Position numbers and translations under genes: made by a program. From contig JAYWIR010000017.1 in assembly GCA_036172245.1 (NCBI GenBank), positions 372,001 to 436,000 of the forward strand: a stretch of 64,000 nucleotides of DNA, written 5' to 3'. Numbering within the stretch: position 1 is the stretch's first letter; each line of letters begins with the position of its first letter. Positions 52,486 through 64,000 of the stretch are shown piece by piece. The DNA is from Raillietiella orientalis. Its lineage: Eukaryota. The notes beneath the pieces were generated by a model that ran no database searches, was not told where the DNA came from, and saw only the letters and a program-made list of their open reading frames with translations.

Positions 52486-53599
52486 CTGGAAGCAGAAGTC
52501 GGCACGTTAATTTCATTTGTCAGTAAAAAACATTTGAGGATCTCGCAAGTGTCTTGTTCTGGAAGAGGGAAGAGAGTGCCAATGTCGCCATTCTCTTGTT
52601 TTTTGAAGGATGCACGGAATTTAAAGGTCGCAAAGTTCCCCAAGCATGCCCTATATCATCCTATTCTCATCAACTTAGCTTGAGGATAAGACAAAGAAAC
52701 ACAACTGGTGACACTGTACTTGTAACATCATCCGATGATTGGAAAACGGATCTGCCCGGATTCCTACCAGGAGCATCTATTTGTATCGGATCCGAATCCA
52801 TTCTTTCCGTTAGTTATCGTGAGATCCACATGTCAACTTATTCAGAGACATTTCTCCACATGATAACCGCTAGCGGCTTCTTCCTACTGAGCGCGTTCAA
52901 ATAGAAGAGCACATCAGAGTCTTTAGCCAGCGATCAAGTCTGTTCTCTGCTACATTTCTGACTGGAAGGATCCAAATGTCACCAGCGTTCGTAGAGGCAG
53001 CCGCGCAACCACAGTTCTTAGAATTCATATAAAGGTCCCCATTATTCTGGTACCTATAGAATCATAGAATGAACGAAATTGCTACTTGCAAAGTCCCCAG
53101 TGATATCTGTCATCTTAGGAGCTCCAATCAACAAAGAACTCTTTGGACGGTTTGCATCGTTCCCATTCAGTTACTCTTCCTATGCACACACTTCTTTCTG
53201 AATATTCACTTGCCGTTCGACAGTGCTCTGGATCTATGATCCACTTATCCATGGCATTTAGATGTGTTTCCATTCGACGTGTGTACCGTCTCGTTATGGA
53301 AGTCCCGACTTTGAGTGATGTCGGGTAACGTTAGGGTGAATCCAAGTCGAAATCTTCTATGATATTCTACTTTTACAAAGAACGATCCTACATCTCATTA
53401 GAGCAAAGTGGTCTTGACCGACATCGAATCTGACAATTTTACTGTTGCGAGGGATCAACGTCAAAAGTCTAGCAACCAAGAATTTTTCTTGATCATTCTC
53501 TGAGATCGATGGGATCTTTCGAGTTCACAAGGTAACGAGCTAAAAGTGCCAAGCAATCCTATAGCCTTTCAAGTGGATATCAAAAACTTCGGTTGATAG

Positions 53600-54600
53600 C
53601 TGAAGAGCCTAATGACCTGCTAACTGATGGATTCAGGGTCAGTGAGCTTAGTACTAATGCTGTACGTGCATCTCTGAGTAAATTTATGCTACTCCTGCTT
53701 AAAGTGTACTTGGAGATTCCAATTCTTTTTATCTATCTGTGCACAATCAGGATGAAAGATTTGATATCAGTCTCCAATTTCGTTTAATAAAAATTATCTT
53801 AGAGTATACCTGATTGGGTTTGGAAAGCAATTTTGAAGAGTACTCCACATCCTGACCAGAGGAAGCCTTAGCCATGTCATCTCGTCCAGAAGTATGTCGA
53901 TCGTTCTTCTCCATGGCAGCCATTTTTTCTGGAAAGACGGCATGAGATGGACTAAGTTAACCTTTGCAAACAGCTGCATGTACAGTGATTTCCTCGATAC
54001 GCATCTAATACAGATATATTCCTACGTGGTAACACCTTCAAGATATTTTTACAATTTCCCACAAACCGAAATTGCTCCCTTCTTTCCAGGTGAGACATTT
54101 TTCTCAAAATCTGATGAACTGAAATGTAGCATTTGCTTCAGACCGTAACTTTGGCCTGAGCGTAATCAAAGCTAGAGGAACTGTTCAATGCTAGAGGAAT
54201 GACACTCGGATGAGATTCCAGAAACATCAGAGGAAGTTTTTTCCCCTATGAAAGCGTACAATTGTACACACTTATAGGAAACAGAGCATGAAATTTCCAC
54301 AGAAGTTGGGCTAGCAAGGCGAATCTGCACGATACATCTCATGCAATTAGTGATTCGGCCTTTAAAATGCCCTGGAGAAGAGATAATGTTCGAGAACCTA
54401 TAAGGATCCTTGCATGACAACAAGTCCTTGCGCCTGACATGAAGAGAACGCATTCTTTTTGATGATCTCTATAAAAGAAGCTTCGTCTTTCGAAGAACGG
54501 ATGGTTCGAATACGACCACGTGTGCGATCTTAAAACTGTGCATTGATTTTTCAACTCGATTCTCACTCCCGGTTCGAACAGATGTGCTTTAATGCCTTTG
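53600..54600 (-). mobile_element. Degenerate LINE reverse-transcriptase remnant
   Basis: Minus-strand IISSPGHFKGRITNC (Q-x-GF-x-x-GR-like), LLDEMT (YADD position) and SKYTL (KYLG position) at plausible spacing. Confidence 0.35.
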
Positions 54601-55809
54601 TTCTTCGGTGTGCACGATTCCTGGAAACGACCATTCATTTACAATAGAAGGATGCCATGCACTCTAGGAACGTGCTTTTTTTTTTTTTTTTTTTTCCAAT
54701 CAGTGCGGCAGCATTAGAAGCCCAAAAGGAAGCGATTAAGAACGTGCCTTGGAGAAAGAATTAAGTGGATGCACACAGAATGCCAAGGTGCACTCATCAT
54801 GTTTTGTCTGACATTTCAAGGGTTAAAGAGATCGCGTAAGCACGGTCCAAGATCACAGGAAATGGAAATCTCGCAAAGATTTCAACACATTTCATCGGCA
54901 TAAGTTCTCGTCTCTCTCCTATTCTCCGGTCTTACATACCCTGATGTCCGTTAAAGGAATAACACAGCTGCCTCACAATATTTTTGGATTACTGATCAGA
55001 AAATCAGAAGAAATCAGAAGTTCGATCCCGATCCTAAGAGCTATGCAAGCGAACCAAAGATTCTCACATGGAAATCGTCACTTTTCTTCCTCCATCTTCC
55101 AGAGCATGTATACAAGTAAGAAATGTTCACATTTCGAGCTATTTATAGCTCTTAAGAATTTCGAACCCAAGTGCTCAGGATCGACATAAATGAATTTTCG
55201 ATCTAAAGGAGGTTTCTGCTAATCGTCTTGATCATTTGAAATTCATGAGTCAAGTCATCCATGAAGTGCCATCTGCATGTCTTCGTGTTCAATGCCTTTA
55301 CCCTCAGGCAACAAGCAAGGGTGTTCTGCCGATTGCCCAAACTTTGCCCTGTGAAACTCTCAACCTTTTGCTGCTCACTCGAGATGGGCGTTCAGCTCGA
55401 AACCGATTTTCGCCTTGTAAACAGAACCTTCCAATTGAGAAGAAACCTTTCCTTGACTTTTATGGAAATTTCAAAACATGTTCACACACTAATAGTAAAC
55501 ACTTTTTTGTTTTCAAGAATAAAACCTACCTCACCTTCTTTTAATTCATAGAGACATACCAACGTTATAACTTTTCATTTAATTAACACACCCTTGCTAC
55601 AATATAGATTGTTAGTTATTCATTATCAATCCAAACGTTTAGGTATATTTTTTCTTTAGGGCATAAATTTCATGATGCTGTTACCAATATTATACTAAAT
55701 GTGTCAGACGTAGAATAAAACATGTAATTAACTAATAGTTATTATACATATGTATAATCACTACGAATCTTTTGAAAAGCAACATCCGTGCAGTCCTCCA
55801 CAAGTCACA

Positions 55810-56385
55810 TGTTCCCCGTCACTCGAGGGTGTGTGTTTACTCTTCAAGTTAGGGGGATATCAATCCAGGAAGGGCTGCGGAGGAAGGAGTCTTTCCTCTT
55901 ACGCTTGATAGGGCGCTCAGAAAGGATCCGCTCCCTGTTTCCTCATCTGAGGAGAATCCCGAACGGACGCCTCCAAATTCTTCTGAACGGCGTTCCCCGA
56001 AGGGAGCAGCGCGCTCCTTGACTTCTGGAGAGGCATCAGCCTGCTCCATGGTACGCGATGGAGGTTCGCATCCGAGGGGAGCAGACGGCTCCCTATTCAC
56101 ACCGGAGGGGGACCTCGAAGGGAACCGGTTCCAGAGTCCCTGGTAGAACCCCGAAGGGTTAACTTCCAGTCCTAGCCAGTCAACGGGACATCCGGTTTCC
56201 GCTTCCGCCAATGCCCCACCCGAAGCCTATAAGGCCAATTAACTTCATCCTGCGGGAAGGACTCGGAACCCCACAACGCACCCATTTCTCTGGTGTTGTT
56301 GATTCTTCCCCCCGGTGAGATTCGAACCCACAGAGCTAGGTGTTACGGGTGGAGACCTCAGCGGAGTGCATGGCCACAAGTCATG
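55810..56385 (-). mobile_element. SINE-like family copy D (diverged; tail not evident)
   Basis: Minus-strand head gtgggttcgaatctcacc (56313-56330); shared ctccatcgcgtaccatggag hairpin; shared cttcctggatt...aacttgaagagt. Confidence 0.8.
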
Positions 56386-59300
56386 CACTTTCTCTCAATT
56401 CTGTCCACCCTCACACATCATCTATTTGCTTTATCTGTTGCTGCGTTAACCAGTGCTTTGTTCTGTAATGGCACCGTTTAAGAGACTCGAGTGCGAGACT
56501 GCGAGGGAGCTGGACTACTGCGTGGATTTTTTTTTTTGGCGAGCATCACAATTTCCGTGCTGGTCCCATCATGCTCGATGTGCACCGGCACCTTCATCTG
56601 CCTCCCACAAAATAGGGAATTGCCGTGTGGGTCGGCAGCAAGGTTACTCCGAGCGACCCTTCAGCTCAGTGGGCTTTGGTCTGCACTGCTTCGGAATGAC
56701 TTTCGCCTTTGCTTTCCTCCACCTCTTGATAGAGGACAAGCGAAGGAAAAGAATCGTTGCCAACGGGAGAGATAGCAGCTTAGCAGCCTCCTAAGATTCC
56801 GTAGGGCTGTGGCTGTACCTCGAAGAGGAAGCAAAATCGAACCTCCGAGAGCAAATTCTTGGTTCCAGCTTTTCTTCTTCATGGAGCCTTGAGGTACAGT
56901 TTGGAGTCCTGACCTGGCGATCAAGCGGCATGAGTCCGTCATCGGCACACGGTGAGTAGACGAGAAGGAACCGTACGTAACGAAACCGGTGGGGAATCCG
57001 TCTTAGACATTTTGGCGGTACCCTCTCGGCCCCGATCGGGAATCCGCTCTCTTGTCCTGCGACTGTCAGTTCCTGGGAAACGCTCCTTTAGAAGCTGGGA
57101 AAAACCGTTCTCCTGACCATCCAGCCTTTCGCTCCTGTTCCTTGCTCGCGATCTGCACCTGACATTTCTTCTTCAGACGCTGCTCTCTTCGCAGAACTCT
57201 TCTCTTGCTCCCTGCTCGGAGGGGGATCCTCTTCCTCCCTACCGCGTCTGAGGAAGCCTGGCTGTGCTCGGCCTCGCAGAGCGAATGCTGCGAGAATAGT
57301 GGAGGCAGGTGGTCAGTGAAGGTCTGAGCTTCCGATCAGCGTGACAGCCACCCCCTTCGATGCAGAGCTAGCCTCCATTATCGCTGACTACCGGCGAGCT
57401 GAGAGACTGCTCGTCGGCTTGCTGACGCAGCAACGCCGGAGGTCCATCCGAAGAGACTTCTTCGCCGGGCTGAGCTCTTGGGGAGCCGGAGGTGCCTCCA
57501 GTCATGATGGACAACTCGTTCCTTCCCCTCAAGTGACAGCATTCGGAGCTGCTGTTGCAGCGTCGGAGGACTCCCGTGCAATTCGCACCACCCCCTGGAG
57601 GAGGAGGGGGTCGAGAGCTGCTTCATCTGCCAGTAAATTGTAGGAACGCTTCCCTACAGCTCTGCCCATCCCAGCGAACGACTCCAGTTTCGCTTCGAAA
57701 ACCCCCCGTTTGTGGCAATCATTATGCCGGCCGCCCTGCTGTTTTCGCAGCATCACCGCTTCGAGTCACCAAGCGAACGGGGGACAGGGAAGCTGTCTGC
57801 TTGGCAACCACGCTTCCCGCGGATCGCGAGGAGAGGAACCCGCGTCTGGGACGCCATCAGGAAGAGCGCGCCGGCAACCCGCATAGGACGCAGAGGAACG
57901 GCGGCGATTCCTTCCCTTGCCTCCCGGCCATAGGAGCAGTCGTTCCTGTTTGTTTCGTTTCTTTTTTTTTTTCCCGGTTCCCCTGCGGTCTGTTTCGCGG
58001 GTCTCGTCGGCGCCTTCCTGGAGGATGGTTCGACTCGGCGGGGTGTCGCGGAAACCTTGCTTGTTTTCTTTCGAAAAAAACGCCCTGTCGCTGCTGGGGG
58101 CAACGCCTTTCCTATCCACCGCACGACGAGAGTAGCTCGTGAGGGGGCAGGCTGTTCGGAGGAAGGGGGGGAGAGTCCTTGGTCGTCCGGCAGCTGAGGG
58201 TCGGTCGCAGTGGCAGCTCGTCCCGGAGCCGATCGCTTTGCTGGTGAAGAAGCAGGCGCCGTCCGCAGGGGGGGAACGCACGCGCGTCGTTACGGGGCGA
58301 CCAGTTCCTTGTCAGCCTGGCGAGGTCGCTGCTTGAGGAAATTCGGTTTGTTAAGGGTGTGGGGTTGTGGGGTGTGGTCTGTCTCGAAGGACAGGATCGC
58401 GGACCATATGCTCGAGCATATGCTTTCTCCCCCCTCCCCCTCCATCTCCTCCTCCTCCTTCCACCCCTCCCTCCCTTGTTCCTTCCCGGGAAGGGAAAGC
58501 GCGGGAACGGGAAGGGGGGAATCGTTCCGTTCGGGCGGCCGCGGGATTGCAATCAGCTCCTTAGCTGCACTCGATTTCGCGCTTCAATGGCCAGAGACGG
58601 CCTCTGCTGGAGAGGCGCGCGGGAGAGGAGGCGCGCGAGGAGGAAGAAGCGCGCTGAGGAATGACGGATTGAAACTTTCCTCGCGGAGGCTGCAGCTGGG
58701 ATCGCGGATGGGCAGACGGCGCCTCTACGGAAGGGGCGAAGTGCTGGAAAGCGTCCTCCGGGGAATCGCGACAAAGCCGGTGCTTCCGCGGCTTCCGAAA
58801 ACGCCGGTTGTTTGATGAAGAAGAAAAAAAAGAGAAAGAGAGAGAAAGGGAGGGAGAGAAAGATATGCTGAATGCTGAGCTTCCGGACATTGTCTTTTCC
58901 TTGCGTTCTCAATAGCCGGAACGCGGGGATGAAGGAGACCACTGCAGCCGTAGAGGGGCCGATGGGACGCGACGGCCCAAATGCCGCCGGTGAGGAATTC
59001 TTCGATCCAGGCCACGGCGGACACTGCTGAACCTCGGGCACGTGCGTGACCTCGTCGGGGGCTCGGGTTCCTCCATCGCTAGCGGTGGACTGCTCTTTCC
59101 TGCTCCTCCTGCTTTGTCTCCAGGCCTCCACTCTTGTCATCTTCCCGAGAAGGCATCTTCTGGCTTCTTTCTTCGGAAACCCACTGAGGAGGCCTCTCAC
59201 CTCGGAGGCGGCCTCTCGCTGGAGGCCGCATGCCGACCAAGATAAGAGGAAGACCATCCTGAATTGCACCCGTCCCAAGATGGGGGAAGTATCGTTTCTC

Positions 59301-59399
59301 TCCGAGAGCTTGCGAGTCGCTGCAGCTTCCCAGAACGAGCAATCCCGAATACGATGGCGCGAAGCTGCCCGCCACGGATACGAATGAGAGTCGCGCAGA

Positions 59400-60300
59400 T
59401 GCACTCGGGATTCGAGGAGACAAAGCAGGAGGAGGAAGAGGAGGAAGGAAGAGCAGCCCATCGCTCACGACGGAAGAGCCAAAGTCAGAACTCCTGACGA
59501 GGTCACGCGCGTGCTCCAGGTTCAGCAGCGTCCATCGCGGCACCAGATCGAAAATCAATCTGGAGAGCAGTTTTTTCACGTTTGTTTCCTGCTTAGATTC
59601 TGAGCATCCAGAATCAGGATCCATCGACCGTTGTCTTGTTCCTTCTCTTCAACACTCGAGTCATGCAGAGGTTCCCCTTGCGCCGTGGTGGTCATGCTGG
59701 CTGACCTCCAAAGGTCAAAACCCAAACGTTCAGATCCAAGTGGTGCAGCAGAATGGCGCTGAGTTTTGCGAGAGGGAAGCGCCACCGAATCAGCCCCGCC
59801 GGATCCCAGGGACTCCCGGATTCACGGACTCTTGTCCCGAGGAGCGCGCGATCGACCTCTCCTGAGTGCCTGCCGGCGGTGCGGGTTGCGATGCTAGAGG
59901 ATCTCAAAAGATCACGGCTAAGATGGTCTTTGATCCAGGCAGAACTGTTCCATGTTGAGGTCCAAGGAGAATTTATGAGTCGCCACGGATTTCCGGAACC
60001 GGTGGGGTGCCTACTCGGAGCCAGCCGTTTTTTTTTTCCGTCTTGGAAGTCAACCACGGGCCAAAGCAGGGGGGGTTCTTGCAAGTCCAGTACCTGGCTC
60101 AATTCGTTCTGCCACCCTCGATTCTCAACCGCGATCTCCCAGAAGGAAAGTTTCCACTGTTCTGTTTCCTCTTCCTCTAGGATGCTTCTAATTCTGGCAT
60201 TCCAGACCGGCACCAGTTCTATCCTTTGATCAACGACCCAGTCCGCATTTACTCCATGAGATCCCTGGTCACGGTTTCCCTCTTCTTCGAAGATCGATCT
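59400..60300 (-). mobile_element. Probable decayed APE-type endonuclease region of a LINE ORF2
   Basis: ORF 59692-60471 has ordered motifs VWNAR (WNVR), VLDLQEP (LQE) and ILLHHLDLN (GDxN). Confidence 0.4.
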
Positions 60301-61559
60301 CTGAATGAACCGAAGCTTCATGGCCTGCTGACAACTTCTGGGCTTCCACGGAACGCAGACTGATACGCAAGATGGCGGGCAAGCGTGACCTGCCCACCAT
60401 CGTTCCGAGTTCTTGCTCGCACCGCGGAAGGAGACGCTGGAAGAGAAGCTCTTGTCCGCAGGGGATGCCATTCGTTTCGCTTGCGTACTCCTAACTCGGC
60501 AAGCGGAAACAAAGAGCGCGATGCATGGACCACAAGTTGTATTCCTGCTTCTGTAGAAGACATACGAATCACGCCAGTGCTCTGGAGCCTAGCGAAAGGT
60601 GGGTTGCTATGTAGGAAAATGAGGGGTTTCTGATTACATTTGTGGCTATGAAGATCACATGTCTTTAGCAGTTTAAAAAAAAATGCCCTCTTCCAGAGGG
60701 GGGTTTGGAGTCCAGAAATATTTAGAAACAAGAAAAGTCGGGAAGTCCTCCGTCACACATGTGGCTGTCTCATAAGATAAGGAAGGGGATATCACACCCC
60801 GCAAGCCATAGGAGTCGAGTTGTGTATGAAGGACGTTTTCTGATCTGTCCGCTTGAGACCGGAGAGGTTGGGTTAAGGGGAGCAGACAACTTGAAGCCTA
60901 ATTGAACATAGCCTTCCATAGGCATGCAGCAAAGGCCTTCGCCGCATCTTGACGCAGCTTCAGTAATGAAGGAACTGGTGATTCTTCTGCCAATTGCTCC
61001 ATAGGGAAGCGGAATCGGAACAGAAATTTTTCCAAACGCAAACTCAGAAAGACGGAACTGAAACGAGAAACTTTCTTCGCATCAGCAGCCCATTATTCTT
61101 ATAGTCGCACACGTGTTGCCAGTGGCCTTTTTCCGTGAATTCTTTCATTTCTTTTCAGCTTCGTGCACAAGAAATTCCGCGGATGCGGTAACCAGAGGAC
61201 AATTAGCTATCGTTTCCGACTCATCAAGAAAGACACAAAAGATGAGTCGCTGAGAGTGTTGAAAAGACGTAGAAAATCGTCAAGCGCGTCACCCCTAATG
61301 ATTATGCCCCAAAGTTCCTTATACTTGATCCTCATGCCATCAATGAGACGACTCTCAGAATGGTGGAGTAAAAGATCTCCATTGCAGCCAGACATAATTT
61401 TTCCAACAATCAAAAAAGGAAGAAAAAAAAAAAAAAACTGATAAGAAGAGCAGCGCAACCCCTGCAAGAAACAGTAGATAACAGAAACACCAACAGAACA
61501 CTAGAAGGAAACACTGAATGACAGCCGAATTTCGAATCATAAATCGAAATTCCTGAAAT

Positions 61560-62300
61560 TACAATCCATATATGGGAAAAATAGGATAACAGAACTGCGG
61601 GAGTGCGAACAAGCAAAGGAGTGTCTGACAGTGTCTAAATTTGCTTTTTGTCTTTCCGTTGCGCTACTGTACTTTCAACAGATCTTTTCCAGCAGCTGCA
61701 TCAGAATAGGCAGCATGCTGAAGAGAATAACGGTAGCAACACTAATCGAGAAATCCCGAAATCTTTCTCGAGAACATCCGGAAGTTTGGAACTACAGTTT
61801 AGGAAAATCATAAAGATGAACATCCTCTCAAGGACGTAGCGAACAGGAACTCTGAATTTCGTTTTGAGATGCGCTTTCCCAACCGTCGAAGAACCGGTAT
61901 GAAGTCCACCGACTGACTGTGTTCATCTTTTTTGCGGGGGCCCACGACTCCAGCTTTCTGACATGGAGGTCACATCAGACACAGGCTCTAGAAGAAGTGC
62001 TCCAGGAGAACATCCTCTCATCCCTCATTACTGCAGAGAGCAACCATATGTCTATGTCGACTCGGTCCTTTATTCTGCACCGGAAGTAGGGCGAGGCACC
62101 TCAGGTATTCATTTCTTGAAGAGGGAACATTTGAAGAGCTGGTAGGAAAATCTTCGCTTTTCTGAAGCTGCTCATCAAATAAAATCAGATCCACGAACAC
62201 TGAGGTGCTCTAGCAGATCAAATCTCGATCGTCAAGTCCCGATTCCTAGATTTCAGCACCGAGGGAACCATTTCCTTCCTTCGAAAAGGGCGGAAATCTT
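61560..62300 (-). mobile_element. Degenerate LINE 3' remnant
   Basis: Minus-strand RERFRDF...LP and DTVRHSFAC (ET-x2-H-x-F-x-C-like) near 61600-61780; weak. Confidence 0.3.
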
Positions 62301-62814
62301 TCCTCCTGCTAAACCTCGTGCATTTTTTTTTTTTTTTCCATGAGACGTGTCCACCGTGTCAGCTGCTTGTTTCGCATTATCATCCCTTGTTTGTAGTCAG
62401 ACATGATCTCTTCAGACATCGGTACGGAGATGCTCGCGCCATATTTCCGATGAAAAGGCGCCCTTTTTGGGTTCACCTACGGTTGCAATCCATCTTCCAG
62501 CAGCTTTAAGGAGGTGCAACTCTCCTCCAGTATCTCAGTGCGACAATTCATGCTTTTCCAAATAGCAGAAACTCCGTTTGCTCCAGACGGATGGTAGAGA
62601 CAGAGGATGATGGAGCGAATGATGGGATGGTAGACAGCAATGCTCAGAAACTGATGGAAGGGAGGGAAAGCTCATGATCAGTCGAAGGGTTCTCTCTTGC
62701 CATCAAAAGCATTTTCTATTAGTTCGTATCATGACGGCACATCCACCGAGTTTTCTAAAAACTGCTGGGCAGGAATTTCATGGCGCACTGCTAGGGATGG
62801 TGGAAATCTTTTTG

Positions 62815-63575
62815 TGTTCTTTTCTGTTTTCTCTTTTTTCCTTCCAGCTTTTTTTTCTTTCTTTTTTTTGGTTCGCTGAGTACTTCAAGAACCATCGTTC
62901 GCCTGCAGCTCATGAAGCCCTTTAACGCTGTTCATCGCCATCCGGGGTTGCGTGCTAACTCTTCAAGTTAGAAAGTACCCCGGGGAGAGACCATTCGATG
63001 TAATCCAGGAAGGCTCCAGAGGAAGAAGCTTGTTCCTCTCACGCTTGAGAGGGGAAACGTCTTCCTTATTCTCTCCGGAAGGACCCTCCGAAGGGGGCCT
63101 CTCCTCATTTCTTCTGCGGAAGAACTCCCCAGAAAGGATCGGCTCCTTGTTTCTCCCCAATTTTCTCTGGAGGGTCGCCCCCAGAGGGAGCAGGGCACTT
63201 CTTTACACTCTGGAGAGGTATCAATCCGCCAACTCCATGGTACAAGACGGAGGGGGTCCCTTCAGAGAAAGGTGGTGATGCGTTCATTTGCACAACCTCA
63301 GGGGAGCTCCAAAGGGAACCTACTCCTTGATTCTGATTCTTGGAAGGACCCTGGACGGTCAACTCTCAATCCTGGCCGCTCATCGGTGGGCATCCGGTTT
63401 TTCAGCAGCGCCGCACCCGAAGACGGGCCAACGAGCGTCATCTCGCGGGAGGAACTCGAAACCTACGACGCACCCATTTGTCTGACGTCGATCTTTTCCC
63501 CGGGTGGGTTTCGAACCCGCAACGCACTTGGTACCCCGGACGGAGACCGCAGCCACAGGGTCTCCGACGCGGGCA
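62815..63575 (-). mobile_element. SINE-like family copy E, near full length with a long A-rich tail
   Basis: Head gcgggttcgaaaccc at 63506-63520 (minus); body colinear with copies C and D; T-rich tract at 62815-62870 is the A-rich tail on the minus strand. Confidence 0.85.
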
Positions 63576-64000
63576 GAATCGAGTGGAATTCTTCCTTCAA
63601 GATGGTCAGATTGGAACATTAGTTCGTTACCCAACTACATCCTCGATACTCGAATTGTTATTCGAGTTATTTGCAATGAGCAGTGTCATTGCATGGATCA
63701 TAAACTCATGTGCTAGTGAGATCTCAAAGAATGTAGGCTCAATTGCGCATATGCAGGCATTTGTGTCATTTGCAAAAAGAAAAGTGATTGCGACACGAAA
63801 AATAGAAGCCAACAGAAATATTATGGATGAAGGTCACGTTAACTCAATCTTAAAGCAAAGTGCTGTTAGACTCATTCACAATCATTTAGGGCACTTACTA
63901 AATAAAACCAACGCTGATGAGAAAAATTCTCCCCAGCCTGTGGCTCTGATGTGCGAGAACTGATGGGACTTCCCAGATTTCAATTGGACAGTTTTGTCCC

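Noticed and set aside
57341..59461. Long overlapping ORFs on both strands (e.g. 302 aa at 58553-59461) as novel genes
   Set aside because: GC-rich, low-complexity repeat-derived DNA yields stop-poor frames; no recognisable domain or exon structure.
60640..60900. Additional eroded SINE copy
   Set aside because: Only one or two short matches (ataaggaagg); insufficient without a computed alignment.

Overview
Eukaryotic genomic DNA, probably from an arthropod; the species cannot be determined from the sequence. The left part (1-24.4 kb) is AT-rich and gene-dense with very short introns (36-60 nt). It carries the 5' part of DCAF13/WDSOF1 (minus strand, runs off the window), an OXR1/mustard-type LysM-GRAM-TLDc gene (plus) and a complete MTR4/MTREX RNA helicase gene (plus). 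The right part (24.4-64 kb) is higher in GC and repeat-dominated. It holds many truncated L1/Tx1-clade LINE remnants of different ages, a disabled cyclin B copy and two exons of a SKOR/fussel-type Ski-family corepressor (minus). The most striking non-genic signal is a ~750-bp dispersed family with 5 substantial copies plus 2 fragments. It has a tRNA-like (B-box) head, a body of repeated short hairpins often capped by cUUCGg, and an A-rich tail, so it looks like an unusually structured SINE. The younger LINE 3' ends share a 45-nt structured motif and extra sequence past AATAAA. Exon models and alignments were made by eye and no database search was run, so novelty is unverified. No CRISPR, rRNA or prokaryotic systems were seen.
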